DNA of 64,000 bases, taken from positions 257,747 to 321,746 of the forward strand of contig BPAJ01000002.1 of the NCBI GenBank assembly GCA_019652555.1, given 5' to 3'. The DNA comes from Gammaproteobacteria bacterium. Its GTDB lineage: Bacteria; Pseudomonadota; Gammaproteobacteria; Magnimaribacterales; AG-339-G14. A program made the position numbers and the translations under genes. This document shows, in pieces, positions 51,578-64,000 of the stretch. Below the pieces are notes generated by a model. The model worked only from the letters and a program-made list of their open reading frames with translations. It searched no databases and was not told the DNA's origin. Positions within the stretch are counted from its first letter, which is position 1. Every line of letters begins with the position of its first letter.

Positions 51578-52850
51578 AAAATTTGAGGAATAGCTCATCA
51601 AGCCGATTGATCATTTTAATGGCATGATCAAAAAATTCTTTTTTTTCAACTTCCGATATTGGTTTCGCATCCGGTAGCTTCACGGTCAAGGGATTAGTGT
51701 GATTACCTCCAACTCTAAATTCATAGTGTAAATGTGGTCCGGTTGCCAATCCTGTTTGGCCAACGTATCCAATAGTCTCGCCTTGCTCAACCTTTGAACC
51801 ATTGCTCAGTCTCGGATTGAATTTTGATAAGTGTGCATAGCGAGTTGAGTAGTCTTCGGAATGCTTTACCTCGATTAGCTTCCCATATCCACCTTTGTTC
51901 CCAATGAAAGATACTGTTCCTGAACTTGTTGATCTTACTGGAGTTCCAGTGGGCGCTGCATAATCTACTCCTGTATGAGCTCTAATTTTATTCAGTACCG
52001 GATGCTTTCTTTTGAGGTTGTAACGAGAACTTATGTAAGAAAATTCGACAGGCGTTCTTAAAAAAGCTTTTTTAACATTTTCTCCTCTAGTTGAAAAATA
52101 CTCTTTTGTTCCTGACACGTTGGAAAAGAATCTTATCGCTGAAAAAACTTTTTTTCCTCTTTTAAATCTTGCAGCTTTAATGTCTCCATTTTTGATTTTT
52201 TCTCCTTTATAAAAATATTCTTCATAAAGAATTTCAAAACTATCTCCTGATCTAATATCAAAAACAAAATCTATGTCCCAGCCGAATATAAAAACTAAAT
52301 CCATAATTACGCTATCTGATATTCCTTCTTTCAAAGCAGATTGATATAAAGATTCATCAATGGTCACAGATGCAAATCTTTCAATAACTTCTGGAATTCT
52401 TTCGTGATTTTCGATGGAGTAAGTTTTGTCCTTGAATTCTGCCAAAACTCCCTTCAAACCATTTCTGGTTACAAATATTTCTTTAGGTATTTTGTTTTCA
52501 GTGAATGAAATTTCTACAATATCGCCGGTTTTTATATTGGCAAGCTTCTCAGAACCTTTGGTTTTTATTAAGGCTTTTATGTACTTACTTTCTACTTCAT
52601 TAGAGCTTAATATCTTTATTAAAGTGTCATTTTTATCTACTTTTATTTTTTTTGATAAGGCTCCTTTAAAGATTTGCTCACTTTGATTTTCTTGAAGAGT
52701 TATTTCGTCTCTGAAGGATGCATCTGCAATTATTTCTGGAGAGAAATTCTTATTGAAATTCATTCCAAAATTTAAATACAAATAAAACGCTGCTAATACA
52801 ACTAATAGAAAGAGCAAATAATACTTTATATCAAGAATTAAATTTTTCAT
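51564..52850 (-). CDS. M23-family peptidoglycan DD-endopeptidase
   Basis: HTGVDYAA, YAHL, ATGPHLHYE; N-terminal TM anchor. Confidence 0.92.
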   Translation of the reverse strand: MKNLILDIKYYLLFLLVVLAAFYLYLNFGMNFNKNFSPEIIADASFRDEITLQENQSEQIFKGALSKKIKVDKNDTLIKILSSNEVESKYIKALIKTKGSEKLANIKTGDIVEISFTENKIPKEIFVTRNGLKGVLAEFKDKTYSIENHERIPEVIERFASVTIDESLYQSALKEGISDSVIMDLVFIFGWDIDFVFDIRSGDSFEILYEEYFYKGEKIKNGDIKAARFKRGKKVFSAIRFFSNVSGTKEYFSTRGENVKKAFLRTPVEFSYISSRYNLKRKHPVLNKIRAHTGVDYAAPTGTPVRSTSSGTVSFIGNKGGYGKLIEVKHSEDYSTRYAHLSKFNPRLSNGSKVEQGETIGYVGQTGLATGPHLHYEFRVGGNHTNPLTVKLPDAKPISEVEKKEFFDHAIKMINRLDELFLKFYAEV

Positions 52851-52915
52851 TTACATTTTTAGAGTATCATTTCAGAGAAATATATAAATTTTTTGAGAAA
52901 TAAATAATTACATTC

Positions 52916-54139
52916 ATGAGTTTATCAACTTCAGAAAAATTAGAAATATTAAAACGCGGGGTAGAAGAAATCATCCCTGAAAAAGGTTTAGAAAAAAAAT
53001 TAAATAAAAATAAACCTTTAATTATCAAAGCTGGATTTGACCCAACTGCTCCTGACTTACACTTAGGCCATACTGTTTTGATCAATAAATTAAAACAATT
53101 TCAAGATCTTGGACATCAGGTTGTCTTTTTAATTGGAGATTTCACTGGAATGATAGGCGACCCTTCGGGTGTTAGCGAAACTCGTCCAATATTAACGGTA
53201 GAGCAACTTAAAAAAAATTCTGAGACCTACCAAGAACAAATTTTCAAAATTTTAGATAAGAAAAAAACAAAAATTGAGTTTAATTCCACATGGTTCAAAA
53301 AAATGACTAGCGCTGAGCTCATTAATTTAAGCTCAAAGATGACAGTTGCTCGCATGCTTGAAAGAGATGATTTCAGCAAAAGATATAAAGGGAACAAACC
53401 CATCTCAATTCATGAATTTATATATCCTCTGGTTCAAGGATATGATTCTTTTGAACTCAAATCAGATGTAGAGCTCGGTGGAACTGACCAAAAGTTTAAT
53501 CTTTTAGTAGGCAGAGATATTCAAAAATCTTTCGGCATGGAAGAGCAGATCATTATGACTCTGCCAATTCTGGAAGGGACGGATGGTGTCAAGAAAATGT
53601 CAAAATCTTTAAATAATTATATCGGCCTGAAAGAAAGTCCAAATGATATGTTTGGCAAAATTATGTCAATATCAGACGACTTAATGTGGCGATACTTCGA
53701 TTTATTAAGTTTCAAGTCATCTGTTGAGATCAAAGAACTAAAGAAAAAAACTGAACAAGGTTTAAATCCTATGGAAGCAAAAAAAATGCTTTCAGCAGAA
53801 ATTGTGACAAGATTTCATGGCGAAGAAAAAGCGCTTCTTGCTGAAAAAGAATTCACAAATAGATTTTCTAAAGGAAATGATCCAGCAGAAATTAAATTGA
53901 TTAAGCTTTCTATGAAAGCATCTTCAATATCTATTTTAGACCTATTGTCTAGTGAGGAACTGGGAGACTATAAACTTTGTAAAAGTAAATCAGAAGCAAG
54001 GAGAATGATCGCTCAAGGCGCAGTAAAAATAGATGGAAAAAAGATTTCGGACGAAGCTATTTCCGTTCAAAATCCGTCTGAAAACACCTATCAAGTAGGT
54101 AAGCTGAAGCACTTAAAAATAAAGCTAAAAAAAGGCTAA
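52916..54139 (+). CDS. tyrS: Tyrosine--tRNA ligase
   Basis: [24 protein letters not shown]-terminal S4-like domain. Confidence 0.97.
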   Translation: MSLSTSEKLEILKRGVEEIIPEKGLEKKLNKNKPLIIKAGFDPTAPDLHLGHTVLINKLKQFQDLGHQVVFLIGDFTGMIGDPSGVSETRPILTVEQLKKNSETYQEQIFKILDKKKTKIEFNSTWFKKMTSAELINLSSKMTVARMLERDDFSKRYKGNKPISIHEFIYPLVQGYDSFELKSDVELGGTDQKFNLLVGRDIQKSFGMEEQIIMTLPILEGTDGVKKMSKSLNNYIGLKESPNDMFGKIMSISDDLMWRYFDLLSFKSSVEIKELKKKTEQGLNPMEAKKMLSAEIVTRFHGEEKALLAEKEFTNRFSKGNDPAEIKLIKLSMKASSISILDLLSSEELGDYKLCKSKSEARRMIAQGAVKIDGKKISDEAISVQNPSENTYQVGKLKHLKIKLKKG

Positions 54140-54169
54140 ATCTTCGCTTTCTTATTATTCAAAGCCATG

Positions 54170-54220
54170 TATAATCGCTCGCTCGTGCCTATAAAAAATA
54201 GGCTCGGGTGTTCTTTAAAA
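54170..54220 (+). promoter_or_regulatory. rrn promoter -10, GC-rich discriminator and leader boxA
   Basis: TATAAT 54170-54175 followed by cgctcgctc; tgttctttaaaa 54209-54220. Confidence 0.7.
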
Positions 54221-54345
54221 CTATTAACAAGTAATTCGTGCGGGCACTTACCATTTTAATAAAGGTTAGTGTCAATTTTTAGATTATCAAAATTTGATAG
54301 TCACCCATTTTTTATTATTTTTTTAAAAAAAATAATCGTTTAATT

Positions 54346-55879
<1,534 letters not shown>

Positions 55880-55955
55880 ACAAATTACACGACTTTTATT
55901 GTGAGTGTCCGTTCGAATTACTTGTCTTACTATTTTCATAGGAAAATAAGTGATG

Positions 55956-55967
55956 TGTTCTTTAAAA
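55956..55967 (+). promoter_or_regulatory. Spacer boxA antiterminator
   Basis: tgttctttaaaa, identical to the leader copy. Confidence 0.8.
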
Positions 55968-56128
55968 GTATTGTTGATCCAGTAACTAAATTTATTTAGT
56001 TACGACACTAATAATTAATGTTATCAATTATTAGTGCACCAAGTTTTAAGATAATTATCTTAAAATGCTAATGGCAAATTTTGGCGCTTATTATTCGAAA
56101 GACTTAACTTTATTAATTTAAAGTATTT

Positions 56129-59033
<2,905 letters not shown>

Positions 59034-59103
59034 ATACTTTATATTAATAAAGTTTAATAACGCTGAAATTAAACAAAGGATCTACAATACGAAACTAGAA
59101 TTT

Positions 59104-59220
59104 TGCCCGATGACATTAGCAAGTGTGTCCCACCTGATTCCATCCCGAACTCAGAAGTGAAACCACTTAGCGCCGATGGTAGTGTGGTGCGTCCATGCGA
59201 GAGTAGGACATCGTCGGGCT
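59104..59220 (+). rRNA. rrf: 5S rRNA
   Basis: gcccgatga/tcgtcgggc closing helix, ccgaactcagaagtgaaa, gccgatggtagt, gagagtagg. Confidence 0.97.
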
Positions 59221-59225
59221 TCTAG

Positions 59226-60029
59226 TTAACCTTCTAAAGTACCTAATGCTGTAGCGAATTCTCTATTTTCAGGATAGACCACTTCTAATCCTGAGAACTC
59301 GATCCATTTTGTAAGAATTTCTTTGTATAAAGAATAATTGGGAGATCTCCCTACAACTACTATTTTATTTAATTTGGCTGCCAGAGCTGTAGTGGCAGCT
59401 AGCCTTGCAATATTTGTTGCAACAAGATAAATGATAGATCTACAAATATCTTCTTTTTCTAGTTTATCCATCATGTCTAAATTTCCAAGATGAACAGCAA
59501 TACTATCTTCTGGTAAATTTCCTATAGGCCCTGATATCACGTCTTTTAAAGTATAGTCTCCAATTTGGCTCCCTTTTTTAGAAAGATCATCAATTTCATC
59601 TGGATCATCTATTTGAGCTGCTAACTTGCATAACCCTCTAATTGTGCCACCTCCTAGACCGGTTCCTCCAAGATGAGTAGCAGTTTCATTTTCATAAGCG
59701 ACACATGCAGTTCCTGATCCACAGCTCAAGACTAAAAAATTTGAATCTAGCTGAGATATTTTCTTTGCTCCGAATCCAATGCAATCTATCTCATTTTTCT
59801 TTACTATCTTTTGGCCATCAAAATTATCAGGAAGATCTAAATGTTTCCCTCCCGTTACTGAGATACTTTTGATTTTTGACTCTTCTTGGACGGTTTTTAT
59901 GATGTTATTTAAAGATAAATGGATGTTTTTTTCACTTCTTAGAGATTTATAAGAAAAATTATTATTGGAACAAATAACAACATCAGAATTAGTTATTCCA
60001 AAATCAATTCCTATATCGACATTATTCAT
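59226..60029 (-). CDS. Type II (fumble-family) pantothenate kinase
   Basis: GIDFGITNSD, VTGG, NEIDCIGFG, SCGSGT, HLGGTGLGGGTIRGL, ATALG. Confidence 0.75.
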   Translation of the reverse strand: MNNVDIGIDFGITNSDVVICSNNNFSYKSLRSEKNIHLSLNNIIKTVQEESKIKSISVTGGKHLDLPDNFDGQKIVKKNEIDCIGFGAKKISQLDSNFLVLSCGSGTACVAYENETATHLGGTGLGGGTIRGLCKLAAQIDDPDEIDDLSKKGSQIGDYTLKDVISGPIGNLPEDSIAVHLGNLDMMDKLEKEDICRSIIYLVATNIARLAATTALAAKLNKIVVVGRSPNYSLYKEILTKWIEFSGLEVVYPENREFATALGTLEG

Positions 60030-60117
60030 TTTGAATGAACTATTTTTTAAAGAATATAGATTGCATCACTTTGAAAAAGTAATTATCCAAAGTGATGAAA
60101 AATTTATTCTTTAGAAA

Positions 60118-61266
60118 CTAGTGATTTTGAAACATTTCCTTAATCACTTCAGCTTGTTCTTCTGCTTGAGATTCTATCTCATCAGATGATTCTAAAGGTT
60201 TGGAAATTTCAGCCCAATCAATTTCAAAGTCACTCGGAGCAACTTCATATTCTAATAAGCCCAACTCGTCATAAAGAGGGCGAACAGATTCTGTTAAGAG
60301 GCCAATCTTCTTTAAATTTGGCATAACTCTATTAAACAATAGACCTCTAAAGTCATCGTTAACACCAGATTTTAGAATTGCTTCTCTTGCTTCTTGTTCA
60401 GAGTATCCAAAGAATTTCTTACCTAATTCGTAATTTTGAATTCTGTCTCTCATGATTACGCATGCTTCATAGGCAAATCTAGCTCGATCTTCAATCTCAT
60501 CTTCAGATAAAGTCTTATTGAAATCTTCTAAGTAATTTATACCAAAGGTTACGTGTCTTGCCTCATCACGAATTACATAATGAGTTAAATCTCTAAGCAA
60601 AGGACAACTTGTGCTCATCTTGGTTGATTGAAAAGCTGCAAGAGCTAAACCTTCAATGATTATTTGCATTGCAATAAATTTAAGATCCCATCTAGGATCT
60701 GTTAGACCTTTGTCTAAGAGCGCTTTAAGGCTCGGTGAGATAGGGTAAGACATGCCCATTACATCTTGTAAATACCTATTGAAGACTTCTACATGCCTGG
60801 CTTCATCGAAACATTGAGAGGCGGCATATAGTTTTGCTTGATAAGTAGGTGCACAAGATACAAGTTGAGAAGCAACCAAAAGAGCCCCTTGTTCTCCATG
60901 TAAGAATTGGCTTAAGCCCCAAGCAGAAGCGTGCCAGCTGACTTCCCTTTTTTCATCTTCTGACATGTCGTTATATTCAGGATAAACATTCCCTAAATCA
61001 TCAAACTCAGGTTTTACCGGAAGATCGCCACGTTTTATGTGATTAGACCAATCAAGATCTATTGATCCATTCCAATTAAGCTCTTTTCCTAATTCGTAAA
61101 GCCTTTTGATTCTGTTATCGGCTACAGTGTAATCCCAGTTATAAGATCCAGTTAGTGGGGTGTTGAAGATTTCTCTAACATCTTCAACATGCTCTGAAGT
61201 CATACGATCTTCGATATCATCAAACTCCTTAAATCCAGGAGGTCCGTCTACATTTGTAATTTTCAT
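60118..61266 (-). CDS. Ferritin-like diiron protein (AurF-like superfamily), function unknown
   Basis: HGEQGAL, DEARH, IIIEGLAL, second DEARH give an E..ExxH..E..ExxH diiron ligand pattern. Confidence 0.85.
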   Translation of the reverse strand: MKITNVDGPPGFKEFDDIEDRMTSEHVEDVREIFNTPLTGSYNWDYTVADNRIKRLYELGKELNWNGSIDLDWSNHIKRGDLPVKPEFDDLGNVYPEYNDMSEDEKREVSWHASAWGLSQFLHGEQGALLVASQLVSCAPTYQAKLYAASQCFDEARHVEVFNRYLQDVMGMSYPISPSLKALLDKGLTDPRWDLKFIAMQIIIEGLALAAFQSTKMSTSCPLLRDLTHYVIRDEARHVTFGINYLEDFNKTLSEDEIEDRARFAYEACVIMRDRIQNYELGKKFFGYSEQEAREAILKSGVNDDFRGLLFNRVMPNLKKIGLLTESVRPLYDELGLLEYEVAPSDFEIDWAEISKPLESSDEIESQAEEQAEVIKEMFQNH

Positions 61267-61303
61267 AAGTAAATTATAAGCCTCTTTTCTAGAATTCCAA
61301 ACC

Positions 61304-63055
61304 TTATTTCTCTTGAAATAAGTCCGTTAATTGTTCCAACATTACGTTTCCAAGTTCTTCAGCCCTATGGATTGTTACAGCTTTTTTATAATACTTTGTA
61401 ACATCGTGTCCAATCCCTATCGCTATTAATTCTAGTTCGGTTCGATTTTCAATTTCAGAAATCACTTGTTTCAGATGATTATCCAAATAACTGGTTGAAT
61501 TAGTGGATAAAGTGCTGTCGTCCACGGGAGCTCCATCCGAAATAACCATGAGTATTTTTCTTTGTTCTGGCCTTTTCATCAATCTCGAAGAAGCCCATAA
61601 AAGAGCTTCACCATCAACATTTTCCTTAAGAAGACCTTCTCGAAGCATCAAACCTAGATTTTTTTTAGCTCTTCTCCAGGCTAGGTCGGCAGGTTTGAAT
61701 ATAATATGTCTCAAGTCATTAAGCCTGCCAGGAGAACTTGGTTTCCCGCATTCAACCCAAAGTTTTCTACTGTCTCCACCTTTCCAATGCTTCGTTGTAA
61801 AACCAAGTATTTCAGTTTTGATATTACATTTATCCAAAGTTGACCCAATAATATCAGCAGATATCGCAGCAGTGGTCATTGATCTTCCTCTCATTGACCC
61901 AGAACTATCAACCAACATTGTTAACACAGTATCTTTAAAGGATGTCTCTTTTTCTGTTTTAAAACTAAGGGGTGTTAGTGGATCCGTAATGATTTTGTGC
62001 AGTTTAGAAGAATCCAAAATACCTTCTTCCTTATCAAATTCCCAAGAACGTCTTTGTTGAGCCAGAAGCAATCTTTGCAGTCTATTTGCCAATTTTGCTA
62101 CTACAGATTTTGAGGGGTCAATTAATTGATCCAATCTATCTCTCAACCTTTTTAATTCTTCTGAAGAGCATAAGTTATCCGCATCTACCACTTCATCAAA
62201 ATCTCTACAAAATACCTTGTATTCTTGATTTTGATTGAGTGCAATTAATTCTTCTAGTTTAGATCTGTTTTCAACCCAGTCTTCTGTATCGTCAACATCT
62301 CCTTCTTCAATCTCAAAATCTTCAATTTCAGTCTCACTCTCGTCATCTACTTCTGAGGCATCGTTATCAGGCTGATCTTCTTGTTCTTGGTCAGAAGTAC
62401 CATCCTCTTCATTGTCTTCATTTTCTTCTTCGGTATCAGATTTAGGCTCTTCTTGTTCAGGCTCTTCAAATTCAAAACCTAATTTTTTAAATAAGGAAAT
62501 TAAATACTCATTAAATTTTTCTTTGTCTGTTAGATATTTTTCTGCAAGCTTAAAATCCGACTCCACTTCAGAAAGAGCTTTTTCCCAAGGTTTTAAGAAA
62601 ACCTCCTCCAGCTTATTATTCTTTTGTTTTAAAAGTTTATTTTTTAAACTTATCTCAACAGCTATTTTTAAGGCATCTTGCTTGCTTTCAATCGTTTGTT
62701 GAGAGAGATTTTTTAAAAATAAATTTCTAAGGTTTTGTTTTACTCCCAAAAATTCTTTTGATCCTAAAATTTCTGATCTTACGGCTTCGAAATCTTTAAG
62801 GAGAAAATCCAGCTCAGAAATTCCAGTTCTTTTTAGAGGTTTCTCGAGTAATTTATATTTTTGTAAAAGAGCTTGTCTGTCTGCATCGCCTCTTGAAAGT
62901 TGAATGGATTCAATATTTTCTTGAAGATTGTGTCCAGGTTCAGCAACTTGCTGGAGATAATTTACTTCTAGATTAAGATCCTTATCTTTAGATATTGCTC
63001 TACTGGAAGCATTTATTACATCTTTGACGTTTTGTTCAGTAGATTTTTGGCTCAA
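61304..63055 (-). CDS. cobT: CobT-type VWA protein
   Basis: Acidic linker, [50 protein letters not shown]. Confidence 0.92.
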   Translation of the reverse strand: MSQKSTEQNVKDVINASSRAISKDKDLNLEVNYLQQVAEPGHNLQENIESIQLSRGDADRQALLQKYKLLEKPLKRTGISELDFLLKDFEAVRSEILGSKEFLGVKQNLRNLFLKNLSQQTIESKQDALKIAVEISLKNKLLKQKNNKLEEVFLKPWEKALSEVESDFKLAEKYLTDKEKFNEYLISLFKKLGFEFEEPEQEEPKSDTEEENEDNEEDGTSDQEQEDQPDNDASEVDDESETEIEDFEIEEGDVDDTEDWVENRSKLEELIALNQNQEYKVFCRDFDEVVDADNLCSSEELKRLRDRLDQLIDPSKSVVAKLANRLQRLLLAQQRRSWEFDKEEGILDSSKLHKIITDPLTPLSFKTEKETSFKDTVLTMLVDSSGSMRGRSMTTAAISADIIGSTLDKCNIKTEILGFTTKHWKGGDSRKLWVECGKPSSPGRLNDLRHIIFKPADLAWRRAKKNLGLMLREGLLKENVDGEALLWASSRLMKRPEQRKILMVISDGAPVDDSTLSTNSTSYLDNHLKQVISEIENRTELELIAIGIGHDVTKYYKKAVTIHRAEELGNVMLEQLTDLFQEK

Positions 63056-64000
63056 GCTTGTTCAACTAAATTTAAAATAGAATCGCTGGTTTCTGAATCA
63101 AAGCATCTTTGAAAGTACTCTGCAATTATTGATTTTTCAGTTTCATCACATTTATTCAAGAAACTTAATTCAAATGAATTCCCAATATCGTTAAAAATAG
63201 AAAAGTTCTCTGCCCAACTAATAACAGTTCTTGGTGACATCAGATTAGAAATGTCTCCATTTTTAAAACCTTCTCTTGTTAAATTAGCAAGTGAAATCAT
63301 TGCTTTTACAGTAGATTGACCTTTTTTGTTATTTAGATCTTTAACTTTTGAAAGAATTACTTTAAGTTCCAAATCCTCAGAAAGATAATTTAGCGGCGAA
63401 ACAATGTGCCATCTATCCATTTGGCCCTGATTAATTTGTTGAGTCCCATGATAAAGACCTGTGCTATCTCCCAAGCCTACAGTGTTTGCTGTAGCAAAAA
63501 GTCTAAAATAAGGATGAGGGGTAAGAACCCTGTTTTGATCTAAAAGAGTAAGTTTACCTTCGACCTCTAAAACTCTTTGTATGACAAACATTACATCTGG
63601 TCTACCGGCATCGTATTCATCAAATACCAAAGCAACGGGATTTTGGATAGCCCAAGGTAGAATACCTTCTTGAAATTTTGTTATTTGCTTACTATCTTCA
63701 ATAGCAATCACATCTTTACCCAATAAATCTATTCTGCTGATATGACTATCTAAATTGATTCGAATACAAGGCCAATTTAATCTTGCTGCAACTTGTTCAA
63801 TATGAGTTGATTTTCCTGAACCATGAAGTCCTTGGACCATGACTCTTCTATTATTTTGAAAACCAGCAAGAATAGAAAGAGTAGTAGCCTTATCAAAACA
63901 GTAGTCAGCATCCAACTTTGGAACATATTCATTGCTTTCTGAAAAGGAATCTACTTTTAAATTTGAGTCTATTTCAAAGGTATCTTTGACCTTAACATTT
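63052..64000 (-). CDS. cobS: CobS-type AAA+ ATPase, 5'-truncated by the window edge
   Basis: [45 protein letters not shown]; frame stays open to the window end. Confidence 0.93.
   Translation of the reverse strand, partial: NVKVKDTFEIDSNLKVDSFSESNEYVPKLDADYCFDKATTLSILAGFQNNRRVMVQGLHGSGKSTHIEQVAARLNWPCIRINLDSHISRIDLLGKDVIAIEDSKQITKFQEGILPWAIQNPVALVFDEYDAGRPDVMFVIQRVLEVEGKLTLLDQNRVLTPHPYFRLFATANTVGLGDSTGLYHGTQQINQGQMDRWHIVSPLNYLSEDLELKVILSKVKDLNNKKGQSTVKAMISLANLTREGFKNGDISNLMSPRTVISWAENFSIFNDIGNSFELSFLNKCDETEKSIIAEYFQRCFDSETSDSILNLVEQA

Noticed and set aside
54227-54251. Long-range inverted repeats flanking 16S and 23S
   Set aside because: Ordinary RNase III processing stems
62280-62470. Acidic low-complexity tract in CobT
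   Set aside because: Normal feature of the CobT family

Overview
A low-GC, densely packed bacterial chromosome segment. The 16S rRNA and a Pseudomonas-like gene order (pepP/zapA/6S/ygfA; argC-erpA-anmK-M23-tyrS-rrn) point to a streamlined marine gammaproteobacterium, which looks SAR86-like by my inference only. It holds about 55 CDS, one rRNA operon (16S-23S-5S, no spacer tRNAs) and a 6S RNA. I found no mobile element, CRISPR array or prophage. The most notable region is an iron/heme locus at about 9.9-23.9 kb: two TonB-dependent receptors, an FTR1 iron permease, Fur boxes, and a complete heme pathway that starts with an alphaproteobacterial/eukaryote-type 5-aminolevulinate synthase (ALAS) and includes a probable HemC-HemD fusion. 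Between the Fur-boxed receptor and ALAS lies a structured 245-nt spacer with a 13-nt stretch complementary to the ALAS ribosome-binding site and start codon, a candidate iron-sparing sRNA. Other oddities are tandem Coq4-like genes together with no ubiH at the pepP locus, a type II pantothenate kinase, CobS/CobT next to an uncharacterised diiron protein, and low-complexity tails on DksA, L31 and ZapA. Three genes (acyl-CoA dehydrogenase, one TonB receptor, ALAS) are frameshifted, possibly through assembly error. All family calls come from motif recognition by eye; no searches were run.
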